64,000 nucleotides of DNA from an uncultured Rivularia sp. (GCA_963665115.1 OY762007.1:3136001-3200000), one strand, 5' to 3'. Shown: positions 40,812 through 52,677, counted from the stretch's first letter. The notes: generated by a model from the sequence alone, not told the origin. Made by a program: numbers and translations.

Positions 40812-42630
40812 ATGGCAAAACTATGGGCGATCGCTATTGGCATCAATCAGTATCAGTATTTTCAACCTTTGGGTTATGCTCAAACTGATGCTGAGGCTTT
40901 AAGAGATTTTTTAGTTAAGCAAGCAGGTTTTCCGGAGGAGCAGTGTCTGCTGATGACCGATTCTTCGGTACCTATGGGAGATAAATCGACTTTACCCACG
41001 AAGAATAATATTCTTCAGTTACTTGAAGATTTAGCTGCGAATTCCTGGCAACCGCAAGATAAATTATGGTTGTTCTTTAGCGGTTATGGCATCACCTATG
41101 AAGGGCAAGATTACTTGATGCCCGTTGAAGGAGACTCGGAACGGGTTAAAGAAACTGCTATCGAAATACGCCAGCTGATGCAAACTCTACAGGTGGCTGG
41201 GCTGGAAGTTTTGCTATTACTGGATTTTAACCGTGCTTTTGGTACCAAGGCAGATTCTTCTATCGGGCAAGAAACTATTGAATTAGCTCAAGAGTTGCAA
41301 ATCTCTACCATACTTTCCTGTCAACCAGAGCAGTTTTCTCATGAAAGTAGCGAGTTAGGGCACGGTTTTTTTACAGCTACATTACTGGAAGCTTTGCGTT
41401 ATGGTAACACCAATAATTTGGCAGGTTTGGAAAGTTATTTAAGCGTTCGTACTCCCGAACTATGTCAGCATCATTGGCGACCAACTCAAAATCCTATTGC
41501 TTTTATTGCATCGCCGCAACAAAGCTTGTTTGAACAATTTGAAAACTTTGAACAAGAATTTGAATTAGAAAAAGTAAAAAGCGATACTGAAGAACCACTG
41601 AGCATCTTAAGTTCGAGAGAAACTTTCACGGCACGAGAGGCACCAAAGCTTGAAGAGCAACCAGTAGATAATGATGATAATTCTTCACAAATCGCACAAG
41701 TAGTTACAAAAACTCCTATTCCTGTTACTTCCCCACTTGTAGAAAAACCTGCAAAAATTTCTTCTGTTTCTGACACTCCGACTCCTACAGCCAAAACTGA
41801 AAATACCGAAGAGAAAACCGAAAAAAATACTGAAGATACATCTAATAAATTGTTGCTGTTTGGATGTGTGGGAAGTTTAATTGTTGGTGGATTATTCTTA
41901 GTGGCTTTCCTTTACCAGCAATCTCGCTCTCAAATCAAACTAACCGTTGTTAAACCTTTACCTAGTAATTATGAAAGGGTAGAAAAACAGCAACCAACGA
42001 AACCTCAAACTAATAATTCCAATTCGCAACAAACGAATCAAGCAATGGTGGAATTAGAAAAATTATCTCTTAATGCCAATCAAGCTAGCGACTTAAGTAA
42101 GGCGATCGCCACTGCTAAAAATATTCAACGAGATGAAGCGAATTATAAACAAGCTAGACAAAATATTCAGGTGTGGAGCGGTATGATTTTGGATTTAGCA
42201 AAGAATCGTGCTGAAAATAGAGAATATTCTAGCGCAATAACTACGGCTGAATTAATCGGTAAAGAAGAGTCAAATTTCCGAGAAGCCCAAGAAGCTATCA
42301 AACAATGGCAGCTTGAATCGAAACAATATTTAAGCAATAAAACTCTTTTAGAAGCAGCCCAAGCTTTAATTAAACCGAATCAAGCTTCTTCTTATAATCG
42401 TGCGATCGAAGTTGCGAAAAAAGTACCAGCATCTGAACTTGGCTACGATGTGGCCCCAAGAATCTATAGATCAATGGAGTCTAGAAATCTTACAGCTTGC
42501 TAAAAATCGTGCCAATAACAGGCAGTATTCTTCGGCAATTGCAACCGCCACTTTGGCTCCAGAAGATACAGCTGCTTATGCCGAAGCTCAGAAATTAATC
42601 AAACAGTGGCAACAAGTACAGAGCAACTAA
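40812..42630 (+). CDS. Caspase-family (peptidase C14) pseudo-orthocaspase with TM and helical repeats (apparent +1 frameshift at ~42454-42457)
   Basis: WAIAIGINQY, FFSGYG, LLLDFNR, GHGFFT; catalytic His/Cys positions read Tyr/Asn. Confidence 0.85.
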
Positions 42631-42658
42631 TTCTCAACTCCATACTTCACTCTTTGAT

Positions 42659-43039
42659 TTAACAATACTGCGAAATGTCCTCGCCACATTCATCAGCCAA
42701 ATAACACAATCCTCTAAAACGCAATCCAACCACTTCTTCATATAACGGGTTGAGCTTGCACATTGGAGGAATGTGGAACAAAGTTCTACCAAATAAGTTT
42801 ACATCTCGCTCAAACGGACATTGAGCCGGAATTAACTTACAAACACGATGAGCAAATTGGCGATCGCGCACTTGGATATTATCTACCCAAATCCGCAGGG
42901 GTTTTAAAATATCGAACCGAGGTTGTTTGATACTCGGATTCTGCTGCTGGGTTAAATTTGCTTCACTTTCTTGTTCTTGATTGATTGATACCCAGCTTGC
43001 CAGAAATATTTTTCTTGTGGTATTATTGAATACCTTCAT
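42659..43039 (-). CDS. Mo-dependent nitrogenase C-terminal domain-like protein
   Basis: CKLIPAQCPFERD...HIPPMCKLNPLYEEVVGLRFR. Confidence 0.88.
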   Translation of the reverse strand: MKVFNNTTRKIFLASWVSINQEQESEANLTQQQNPSIKQPRFDILKPLRIWVDNIQVRDRQFAHRVCKLIPAQCPFERDVNLFGRTLFHIPPMCKLNPLYEEVVGLRFRGLCYLADECGEDISQYC

Positions 43040-44146
43040 TTTTTTTTCCTCTAATCCTTTGAGGGTGTTTTTGTCAATTCAACTAACATCTACGAAGGGG
43101 TAAATCAACTTTTGCGAGAAGCCTTTTATCCTGACGAAGATTGCATCTATTTTGTTCGGCAGCTTCCTTAATTGAAAGCTGTCCTTTGCTACGTCAAGTT
43201 AAGCGCAATTTTGCTGAAACCGGAAGTGTGATACTTCTATCTTGTTTATAACTTGACGTATTTGAAAGTTTAGTAAAGTCATCTACCTACAGGAATATTG
43301 TAGTGTAACATTTACAATATTTAACACAAAACTTTTTGATCGGTAAAATTGACAATAAGTTTTGTCCCAAATGCTATCCAAGGTTAGCGCAGACTGCTGA
43401 GAAGTGGCTAGTGTTTACATCACATCAAAGAGCCAATCTAAGCAAGTCTTGTGCCGTTAATAAGTCTTTATGGCTTATAAATCTCAATTTTCGTCTTCTT
43501 TCGCTAAATACAGCGTAATATTCTGCGATTGACTATTTAAAGAATAAGAGAATAGTTGTTATCGTTGTAACGTCGAAGTACCTATTGTGAAGCATCTCAA
43601 CTGTATTATTGAAGCGATTTAAATCTTGTATTAATAATCTCAATATTTTTATTAGTTATTGAATATACCTATTGCAGGACGTTTGAACCTAGATAGCTAT
43701 TGATCCTGGATTATTTTGTTTAGATAGAATTTTTACAAATAGATTTGCTTTTACCTATCCACTTGTAAGTATTATTTTTGAGAATATTCTCTCTGAGGAC
43801 TTTTATTATTCATTATTGACGACTGAATTGGGGAGAGCAAAATTTTTGAAAGATTATAGTGGCTTTGGGTTGAATAAAATATATTTATAGTGGTATGGAC
43901 ATATTGCCCTTGCTAATCCATTCATTTATCGTTAAAAATTAAAAATTGTTTGTGGTAATCAAGGTTCTAGTTGGCGGCTTTAACCCCTCATGATTCGGAA
44001 TTCGGAGGCGAGTACAGCGTTTACTACAAACTCTTTAAATTAATGTGGCGGAATACTATTATTACACTTTGCATTAGTTTTGATCGGTTGTAGAGACGTG
44101 ATATGTCGCGTCTCTACTTACAATAGCAATTTAAGGCATCCATAAT

Positions 44147-44181
44147 AAAATCCTCCTTATCAGAAAGAAAAGGAGGATTTT
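44147..44181 (-). terminator. Probable terminator after rnj
   Basis: AAAATCCTCCTT...AAGGAGGATTTT hairpin. Confidence 0.6.
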
Positions 44182-44254
44182 AACTTAAAGGTAAGGTTTC
44201 AAGACTTTATTCTAAATAAATCAAGAATGTCCTTCCCACAAAATTTCTCAAAAC

Positions 44255-46030
44255 TTAAGATGCAACTTGTTGAGCAGCAGTACGAGTACGTCTTCTTCTA
44301 CCATCCGAAGCTGCCGCTGGTGGTTCATCTGGAATCTGCATCAACAAAGTAACGGTAGGCTGACATCGTAATTCTCGTCGTAAATTACGCGCCAAATCTC
44401 GTTCTATCATTTCTTGCAAACCACCCCAATCGATATCTGGCTTTTTACCATTCATAGGTTGACCAAATTCTTCCCAGCGCAACGCCAATATTTCTTCAAA
44501 TCGCTGCTGTACCCATTTATGTACCATAGATTTTTCCATGCTGGTAACTACACCCCGCAAGTGAATCTCCGGTTTCGCCATAATTTTACCGTTCCAATCA
44601 ACTGCTGCTGCAACAGTAACGATACCTTCTTCTGCCATGCGCTGACGTTCTAGCAAGACTTTATCGCTTACCATACCAGAACCAGAAGTATCTACTAATT
44701 CCAAACCGGATGGTACAGAACCCGCAACACTAATAGAATTTTCTCTCAATTCAACAATATTGCCATTCTCAATAATTACCATATTATCGGCAGGAATACC
44801 CATACTTTGGGCTGTTTGAGAATGTTTCACTAACATTCTATGTTCGCCATGAACGGGTAAGAAAAACTTAGGCTTCGTCAAGGCTAGCATCAACTTGTGG
44901 TCTTCCTGACAGCCGTGACCGGAAACATGAATCCCTTTATCGCGACCGTAGATAACATGAGCACCTTGCTGCATTAATTTGTCAATAACTCCAACCACTG
45001 CAATGGTATTTCCAGGAATCGGATTAGCTGAAAATGCAACTGTATCCCCTTCCCTTATCTTAATATGAGGATGGTCTCCCCTAGCAATACGAGTCATCGC
45101 CGCCATTGTCTCGCCTTGAGAACCAGTAGTTAAAATCAATACCTTGTCATCTGGCAAACTACGAGCAACGTGCAAAGGTTGAAATAGCTTATCTTCGCAT
45201 TTTATGTAGCCAAGATTGCGAGCGTGGGCAATCAGGTTCAACATCGAACGTCCAACTACAGATACTGCTCGACCATGTTTTTGCGCCAACTGCAAAATCA
45301 TATTAATTCGATGTACTGAGGAAGCAAAGGTAGTGATGAAAAGTCTACCTTCAGCTAGCATTACAACTTTTTCCAAATTTGGATAAACCGAACGTTCCGA
45401 AGGAGTAAATCCAGGTACTTCTGCGTTCGTAGAATCGCTCATCAAGCAAAGTACGCCTTTCTCACCATGTTCGGCTAACCGTTGCAAATCAAAGTGTTCT
45501 CCATCTACTGGAGTATGGTCAACTTTGAAATCTCCGGAATGAATTACTATCCCTAATGGTGTATGTATTGCAACCGTAAAACTATCGCAAATACTGTGGG
45601 TGTTGCGAATATACTCTACCAAGAAGTTTTTACCAATTCGCACCATATCGCGGGGTTTCACCGTTTTTATTTCGGTACGATCGCGAACTCCAGCTTCTTC
45701 TAGTTTGCGCTCTAGCATTGCCATTGCCAATCTAGGGCCGTGAATCACGGGAATATCAAACTGTTTGAGGTGAAAAGCAATACCGCCAATATGATCTTCG
45801 TGCCCGTGGGTAACAACCATACCCTTAATTTTGTGACGATTTTCTCTCACATAAGTCATGTCTGGTAAGACAATATTGACTCCATGCATTTGTTCGGTAG
45901 GAAAAGCTAAACCAGCATCTAGAAGAATGATTTCGTCTTCATATTCAAAAATACAGGTATTTTTTCCAATTTCATGCAGTCCGCCCAATGGAATAATTTT
46001 AAGAGCAGAAGTTACTTCTTTCTTAGCCAT
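44255..46030 (-). CDS. rnj: Ribonuclease J
   Basis: PLGGLHEIGKN, THGHEDHIGG, GSQGE, HVSGH, PVHGE. Confidence 0.96.
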   Translation of the reverse strand: MAKKEVTSALKIIPLGGLHEIGKNTCIFEYEDEIILLDAGLAFPTEQMHGVNIVLPDMTYVRENRHKIKGMVVTHGHEDHIGGIAFHLKQFDIPVIHGPRLAMAMLERKLEEAGVRDRTEIKTVKPRDMVRIGKNFLVEYIRNTHSICDSFTVAIHTPLGIVIHSGDFKVDHTPVDGEHFDLQRLAEHGEKGVLCLMSDSTNAEVPGFTPSERSVYPNLEKVVMLAEGRLFITTFASSVHRINMILQLAQKHGRAVSVVGRSMLNLIAHARNLGYIKCEDKLFQPLHVARSLPDDKVLILTTGSQGETMAAMTRIARGDHPHIKIREGDTVAFSANPIPGNTIAVVGVIDKLMQQGAHVIYGRDKGIHVSGHGCQEDHKLMLALTKPKFFLPVHGEHRMLVKHSQTAQSMGIPADNMVIIENGNIVELRENSISVAGSVPSGLELVDTSGSGMVSDKVLLERQRMAEEGIVTVAAAVDWNGKIMAKPEIHLRGVVTSMEKSMVHKWVQQRFEEILALRWEEFGQPMNGKKPDIDWGGLQEMIERDLARNLRRELRCQPTVTLLMQIPDEPPAAASDGRRRRTRTAAQQVAS

Positions 46031-46301
46031 GTTTTTCCTTAATTGATAAATTAGTTGGATTTTTCTTTTCAGTTAAAAGCTTGATTAGACTTTTTTATCA
46101 GACAACCTTTATTGGTTTTTTCCTGCATAGTCTTTTTTTTGCAAGATTATATTAATATCGAATTATCATTCATCACGGATTACAAATACCGCTGGCAAAA
46201 ACGTCTTCGCCCGTCAATTGCAAAACAACAATCTTTAAAAACAAGCCTGTTAACAACTATTATATGTATTATATTTTACACTATAATTGTGAATACATCA
46301 T

Positions 46302-47192
46302 CTAAACTTTATTCAAATTCAGTTCTTCTAACACTGTTTCTAATTGTTGAGTTAATTCAGATTCAGCTTCATATAAAGGTAGACGAGTTGAACCAACATC
46401 CCATCCTTGAAGATTTAAAGCTGCTTTAACCGGAATAGGATTTGCAGTCGCAAATAAAACTTTGAACAATGGAAAAAGTTTCAGATGAATATCTGTGGCA
46501 GCTTGAACCTTACCATCTTTAAAAGCTTGAATCATCTGCTGTAATTGCAAACCAACTAGATGAGAAGCCACACTTACTATACCTTTTGCCCCAACAGATA
46601 ACAAAGGCAAAGTCATGTAATCATCACCAGAGTAAATCTGAAATTCTGGTGGTGTCAAGCGTCGCATTTGACTTGCTTGATCTATATTTCCAGTTGATTC
46701 TTTTATACCGACAATATTATCTATTTCGGCTAATCGGGCTACTGTTTGGGGCTGTAGGTTTTGACCAGTACGACCCGGAACATTGTATAACAACAATGGT
46801 AACTCAGGTACGGCTTCTGCTATTGCCTGAAAATGACGATAAAGTCCAGCTTGCGGGGGCTTGTTGTAATAAGGTACAACTTGCAACGAACCATGTACTC
46901 CCATTTTAGCTGCTTCTTGTGTAGCCGCTACTGCTTCTTTTGTAGAATTAGAGCCACACCCTGCAATTACTTTTGCTTTACCGGATACAGCTTGCAATAC
47001 ACATTTAAACAATTGGTATTCTTCATCCCAACTCATGCTGGGAGATTCACCTGTTGTTCCGCAGACTATAAATGTATCGGTACCGTTTTCGGCGAGATGT
47101 ACGGCTAATTTTTCCGCTACATCGTAATTGACGCTACCGTCTTCTTTAAACGGCGTAACCATTGCCGTTATAACGTTTCCAAAATCTACCAC
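46302..47192 (-). CDS. dapA: 4-hydroxy-tetrahydrodipicolinate synthase
   Basis: GTTGES, PYYNKP, LYNVPGRTG, GIKES, SGDD. Confidence 0.97.
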   Translation of the reverse strand: MVDFGNVITAMVTPFKEDGSVNYDVAEKLAVHLAENGTDTFIVCGTTGESPSMSWDEEYQLFKCVLQAVSGKAKVIAGCGSNSTKEAVAATQEAAKMGVHGSLQVVPYYNKPPQAGLYRHFQAIAEAVPELPLLLYNVPGRTGQNLQPQTVARLAEIDNIVGIKESTGNIDQASQMRRLTPPEFQIYSGDDYMTLPLLSVGAKGIVSVASHLVGLQLQQMIQAFKDGKVQAATDIHLKLFPLFKVLFATANPIPVKAALNLQGWDVGSTRLPLYEAESELTQQLETVLEELNLNKV

Positions 47193-47409
47193 TACTAAAT
47201 TTACTCCTAATTACATAAAGGCAGTTAAAACATTCATTAGTGGCTGTCTACCTGTTTGATAACTGAAAGCCATTTCTTCTTCAAGGGCAAATGATACCTT
47301 ATTCATTACTTTTTTATCCTCAAATTAATATTGATTAATTAATAACAATTGTTTGCTTAATTTTTTTTTGATAATTATTCTAATATCTTACATAGAAGAT
47401 TATCTTATT

Positions 47410-48432
47410 TCAGGATGCTAGCATATTATTTTCTACCAGCAATTCGGCAATTTGCACGGCATTCAAAGCCGCTCCTTTCCGGATTTGATCCCCACACAAC
47501 CATAGCTCCAAGCCGGATTCATGAGAGATGTCCTGACGAATTCTTCCTACTAAAACGTCATCTTTTCCTGTTGCTTCCGAAGGCATAGGAAAATAATTAG
47601 CTTGCCAATCTTCTATTAATTTTACACCTTTAGACTTACTTAAAATTTCTCTTGCTTCCTCTATATTAAAAGGTGTTTCAAATTCTAAATTAATTGCTTC
47701 TGAATGAGCCCGTAATACAGGTACTCTAACGCAAGTTGCAGTAATCCTAATATCCTGATTATTAAAAATTTTGCGAGTTTCATTGACCATTTTCATTTCT
47801 TCCTCGCAATAACCTGCCGAATTTAATGGAGAATTATGTGGGAATAAGTTAAATGCCAATGGATAAGGAAATACTTTTGCTACTGGTTCTTTTCCTTCTA
47901 AAATATCTAAACTTTGATTTTTTACTTCTTCCATCGCTTTAGCACCAGCACCGCTAGCAGACTGGTAAGTAGCCACAACTATACGTTTGATCGGCTTTAC
48001 TTTATGCAAAGGAAATATGCCCACCGCCATCAAAATAGTTGTGCAATTGGGGTTAGCAATAATGCCTTTGTGGTTAACTACAGCTTCAGGATTTACTTCC
48101 GGTACTATTAAAGGAACTTCAGGATTCATCCGGAAAGCGCTGGAATTATCAACTACCACCGCACCTTTCTCTACTGCTTTGGGTGCCCAAACTTTAGAAA
48201 TAGAACCACCAGCAGAAGCTAATACCAAATCTACGTTTTCTAAAGTCGCTTCGCTTACGGCTTCTACTAATAAATTTTCTCCTTTGAAAGGTAATTTTTT
48301 CCCCGCACTACGTTCTGAAGCTAATAATTTTAGCTCGGTTAGAGGAAAATCTCTTTCTTCAAGTAATTCTAGCAATTCTGTGCCTACAGCACCAGTCGCT
48401 CCCAAAATAGCTACACGATAGGCTTGAGCCAA
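47410..48432 (-). CDS. asd: Aspartate-semialdehyde dehydrogenase
   Basis: GATGAVG, DNSSAFR, ANPNCTT, RKGAALNAVQIAE. Confidence 0.97.
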   Translation of the reverse strand: MAQAYRVAILGATGAVGTELLELLEERDFPLTELKLLASERSAGKKLPFKGENLLVEAVSEATLENVDLVLASAGGSISKVWAPKAVEKGAVVVDNSSAFRMNPEVPLIVPEVNPEAVVNHKGIIANPNCTTILMAVGIFPLHKVKPIKRIVVATYQSASGAGAKAMEEVKNQSLDILEGKEPVAKVFPYPLAFNLFPHNSPLNSAGYCEEEMKMVNETRKIFNNQDIRITATCVRVPVLRAHSEAINLEFETPFNIEEAREILSKSKGVKLIEDWQANYFPMPSEATGKDDVLVGRIRQDISHESGLELWLCGDQIRKGAALNAVQIAELLVENNMLAS

Positions 48433-49289
48433 ATCCTAAACCTCCTGTCAAAGGTAATATTTACAATGATTCATAAAATTAATAAATATATTATTCTGCA
48501 AAACCTTAATAGCATTTAAACGAATTTCACCGTATTTGTAAATGATTTTTAATATCAGAAATAACTATATTTGTTCTTTACTTAATTTATTCTTTAATAT
48601 TTTCTTATTTAAGACTTCCCTCATTATCGCGTACTTTACAACAATTATTAATTAAGTTACCTACTTATATTTTATAAATAAACATATAAAGTATATATTA
48701 TACACCATTATCGCTCTTGGAAGTCAAAGTATAGCGCAAATTATTTATGCGTTATTGTACGGCACTGCACCTTAATTGGGAGATTATCAAAACGGCATTG
48801 ACTAGAAGGGTTGATGTACTATGATTCAGATGGTCTGCCGTTTTCTATCAAGCAGGCGAACAAGAATAATAATGATATAATTCACCGGATTGTGCTGTCT
48901 TGTGTCGCTCTAACTCTACTAAGCGGATGAAAGCCTTCCTCCAACGGAAAGACAGTTCTTAAGGTGGAATGTGGGTTGAAAGGACTCGACCATATCGCGG
49001 TCCCGGACTCCGGCATTAAGTGCAAATCCCACGAATATAATTTTGGGTCTTGCAATTAATATATAACCGTTCGAGAGCAAATTTCAGCAACTGAACTGCG
49101 TTTAAAGGATTTTTCCCCACAAAGCAGGCATCAAACAAGCGCCTAAATTAGGCTCCAAGTAGGCTCCGAGATTTTTTATCTTGTTGGAATTGTCAACAAT
49201 ATTAATTTCAATTTCCTTCGACAAGCGCGACGGATAAGACGTTCGCCCCCCTTTAAGTAAAAAAAGTAGCAGAAAATAGAAACAAGTCT

Positions 49290-50733
49290 ATGAAAGTCAC
49301 CCAGGAAAAACTGCCAGCCAGTCAAATCGGTTTAGAAATAGAAATTGCGCCGGAAAAAACCAAGCAAACCTATGAAAAGGTAATTCAAAATTACGCTAAG
49401 CAAGCCAACGTTTCAGGGTTTCGCAAAGGTAAGGTACCTCGGCAGATATTGCTACAGCGCTTGGGAAAAACTCGCATTAAAGCAGCCGCAATCGAAGAAC
49501 TGATTCAAGATAGTATTGGTGAAGCGATAAAGCTCGAAAGTATTGAAGCTATCGGCCAGCCGGAGTTGCGCTCTTCTTTTGAAGAATTGATGGATAGTTA
49601 TGAGCCAGGAAAACCTTTGACTTTTTCTGCTGCGGTTGATGTACCACCGCAAATCGATTTGGGCGAGTATTCGGGTTTGCAGTTCAAAGCCGAGGAAGTT
49701 ACGTATGATAACGAACAGGTAGATAAAGTTTTGGAAAGCGAGCGTCAGCAGATGGCGACTTTAATTCCTGTCGAAGGGTCGTCCGGCGCAGTTGGGAGAT
49801 ACTTCGATTCTTGACTTTAAAGGCTTTTTGGCTCCTGAAGAAGGTGCAGATCCTGATGCAGAACTCGAGGTAATTCCCGGTGCGGAAGCTACCGACTTTC
49901 AAGTTGATTTAGAAGAAGATAAATTTATTCCCGGCTTTATCTCGGGAATCATAGGAATGAATTCTGGAGAAACAAAAGAAGTTGACGCTCAGTTCCCAGA
50001 CCCTTATGCCAATGAGGAATTAGCAGGAAAAGCCGCTAAATTCACGGTAACGCTCAAAGAATTAAAGGAAAAGGAACTTCCCGAACTAAATGATGATTTT
50101 GCTCAGGAAGTCAGCGAATTTGAAAATTTAACCGAGTTACGCAATTCTTTAGAGGAGCGGTTTAAGAAAGAAAGCGACGATAATGCGAAAGCGAAAAAGC
50201 AAGAGGGTTTGTTAAGCGAATTAGTTAAGCACGCAACATTTGACTTACCAGAAACAATGGTTCAGCAGGAAGTCGATGCAATGTTGACTCAAACTGCAAT
50301 GCGTCTTTCCCAGCAAGGTTTGGACATTAAAAAGCTTTTTAACCAAGATACTATTCCCCAACTGCGCGAACGTTCCCGTGGGGAAGCAGTTGACAGGCTG
50401 CAAAGAACTCTTGCTCTACGTGAAGTTGGCGAACGCGAATCTATTAAAGCAACTCCTGAAGAAGTAGAAGCTAGGTTCAAAGAAGTCATGGAAGAATATT
50501 CCGGGCAGGATGTCGATCCACAGAGAGTTAAAGAAGCGGTTGAAAACGAATTATTAACTGAAAAAATCATCGACTGGCTCTTGGAACGTTCTGAAATTGA
50601 ACTTGTACCCGAAGGTTCCTTGAATCCTCCAGAAACCGAGACGGAAGAGGAAACTGTAGAATCACAACAAGAAAACGAAAATGATTCTGAGGGTGAAGAA
50701 CAAGAAACTGTCTCGGCTTATTCACAAGAATAA
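49290..50733 (+). CDS. tig: Trigger factor (apparent +1 frameshift at ~49776-49778)
   Basis: GFRKGKVP ribosome-binding motif; FKBP domain FIPGF; two ORFs join as PVEGRPAQLGD. Confidence 0.95.
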
Positions 50734-50904
50734 TGGCAGTTTATAGCACTCAGCAATCGATCTAAAATAAAGATACACGCTTCTAGAATTGTTGCCTACC
50801 TCTGTTAATGGCGATCGCTGAGTGTTGCCGAATTTGAGTTTAAGTTTAAATTGAAAACAGGGGGAGTAACTGTTAGCTAATTTCTACCCAAAACTGGACA
50901 TATC

Positions 50905-51066
50905 TTACCGTTTGTCTAGTTTTTCTCGCGCCATACGTTCAATTACATCGCTCAAACTATTAGCACCTAATCCGACTTGTTTTTCTTCTAACCATTTAAT
51001 GGCGGTTTCCGTCAAAGTCATAGTAAATCTACGCTTTGGCTCACCATAAATCTTTTTACCAGGCAT
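50905..51066 (-). CDS. Small ribbon-helix-helix-like protein inside the TnpB element
   Basis: 53 aa MPGKKIYGEPKRRFTMTLTETAIKWLEEKQVGLGANSLSDVIERMAREKLDKR; below the ORF-track cutoff. Confidence 0.65.
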   Translation of the reverse strand: MPGKKIYGEPKRRFTMTLTETAIKWLEEKQVGLGANSLSDVIERMAREKLDKR

Positions 51067-51128
51067 ATTAACAATCTCAGATTACTCATACATGATATGA
51101 TTATGATAGATTTGAAAGGTCGAGTCAA

Positions 51129-52454
51129 ATGCTTCTAAGTATCAAGATTGAATTAAAGCCTTCGGACAAACAGGTTACGCAATTCCGTAAAGCTTCTGGA
51201 GTAGCGCGTCATGCTTATAACTGGGCTAATGCAACAGTTAACGAAGTCTTAAAGCTGCGTGAAACCGACAAGACAATTAAAATCCCTTCAGCTATTGACT
51301 TGCACAAAAGGTTAGTAACTGAAGTTAAGTCTGTTAATGCTTGGTATTACGAAACTAATAAGAACGTTCCACAACAAGCATTAAAAGAACTTCGTACAGC
51401 GTGGGATAGATGCTTTAAGAAAGTTGCTAAACAGCCTAGATTCAAGAAAAAAGGTCAACGCGATTCGTTTTATTTAGAATCAGGGAGTAAAGCGTCTCCT
51501 AAGATTAAAAATGATGGTAAGCGGGTTAAATTACCTTCTATTGGTTGGGTGCGATTAGCTGAACCTTTACCTGTTAGTGCAACACATAATTGTGTTATTT
51601 CTCGCACTGCTGACAGATGGTTTATTGCTATAAAATATCAGATTAAAAAACCATCTATAGAAGCTAATAGACCAACTGTAGGCGTTGATACAGGTATTAA
51701 AGAATTAGCTGTTTGTTCAAACGGTAAGGTATTTAAAAACCCAAAAGCTTACCGTCAAATGAGTCAGCGGATGAAACGTCTACAACGTTCTGTTAGCAGA
51801 AAACAGAAAGGTTCTAGCAATCGGAAAAAAACAGTTTCTAAACTAGCTAGATTGCACGCACGAATAGCGAATATTCGCAAAGATGCAATTCACAAATTAA
51901 CTACTTATCTTGCTAAAAACCACAGCATTATTAAGATAGAAGAATTATCAATCAAGGCATTCTTAAAAAATCACAAACTAGCAGGTGCAATTGCTGACTG
52001 TGGGATGTACGAGTTCAAGCGTCAATTAGAATATAAAACTGAGAAATTTTCTAGTCAATTAATCTTAGTTGATAGAATGTTTCCTAGTTCTCAGATTTGT
52101 TCTAATTGCGGAAATCATCGCCATAGAATGCCATTAAAACACCGCATTTATGTTTGCCCAGATTGTGGTCATACAGAAGATAGAGACTTAAATGCCAGTA
52201 AAAACATAGAACGATGGTTTGAAGGAATTTATATTCCGGTTCGTATGGCTAACGCCACGCTATCGCTATCGGATCAAACGGTAAGCTCTACCGAGATTGC
52301 CTGTGGAGTGGACAAACCACCGTCACTTCGACACCGGGCGAAGCCCGTGTCGAGTGACTCCTTCAATCGTCAGATTGAAGCCACGACGAAACAGGAAGTT
52401 AACGCCGAAACTACAAATGTCCACTTAAGTCTAGACTTGGGTAGTTTTGGGTAA
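51129..52454 (+). CDS. tnpB: RNA-guided endonuclease TnpB
   Basis: RuvC D (VGVDTG), E (KIEEL) and D (RDLNAS) intact; zinc ribbon CSNC/CPDC. Confidence 0.93.
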   Translation: MLLSIKIELKPSDKQVTQFRKASGVARHAYNWANATVNEVLKLRETDKTIKIPSAIDLHKRLVTEVKSVNAWYYETNKNVPQQALKELRTAWDRCFKKVAKQPRFKKKGQRDSFYLESGSKASPKIKNDGKRVKLPSIGWVRLAEPLPVSATHNCVISRTADRWFIAIKYQIKKPSIEANRPTVGVDTGIKELAVCSNGKVFKNPKAYRQMSQRMKRLQRSVSRKQKGSSNRKKTVSKLARLHARIANIRKDAIHKLTTYLAKNHSIIKIEELSIKAFLKNHKLAGAIADCGMYEFKRQLEYKTEKFSSQLILVDRMFPSSQICSNCGNHRHRMPLKHRIYVCPDCGHTEDRDLNASKNIERWFEGIYIPVRMANATLSLSDQTVSSTEIACGVDKPPSLRHRAKPVSSDSFNRQIEATTKQEVNAETTNVHLSLDLGSFG

Positions 52455-52677
52455 GTTTAATAGAGCGGATGCACGAATTTTAATAAAACTTAAAAGGGAT
52501 AGCAGTACAGTTCTGTCTTAAAACATGGCGGTAAATTGATGAAAATCCACACGATCTTCATTTATATGAGGCATAATGGTTAACACATACTGTCTTATAG
52601 AAATTCGGTTATTGTTATAAACAAGCAGCAATTGCTGTCTTTTAGCTACTGTTGTCTTAAAAGTCAATTATCTCTTT

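Larger units (their letters stand above)
50870..52468 (+). mobile_element. Non-autonomous TnpB element, IS607-like (boundaries approximate)
   Basis: tnpB without tnpA between tig and clpP; TACCCAAAACT near the left end mirrored by AGTTTTGGGTA near the right end, which finishes ...TAGAGCGG. Confidence 0.65.

Noticed and set aside
42659..43039. Evidence of a nitrogenase (nif) cluster
   Set aside because: The domain name is historical; no nifHDK or accessory nif genes are present.
43273..43286. NtcA-like site GTA-N8-TAC upstream of the 42659-43039 gene
   Set aside because: Short motif expected by chance in AT-rich DNA; flanks and -10 match are weak.
43040..44250. 1.2-kb ORF-poor AT-rich region as a hidden element
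   Set aside because: No array, terminal repeats or recognisable gene remnants were found beyond one REP-like palindrome and the rnj terminator.
48961..49035. Possible tRNA gene
   Set aside because: Cloverleaf-like, but no TTCGA T-loop, D-loop GG or proper acceptor stem; kept only as a candidate structured RNA. No tRNA or rRNA genes were recognised in the window.
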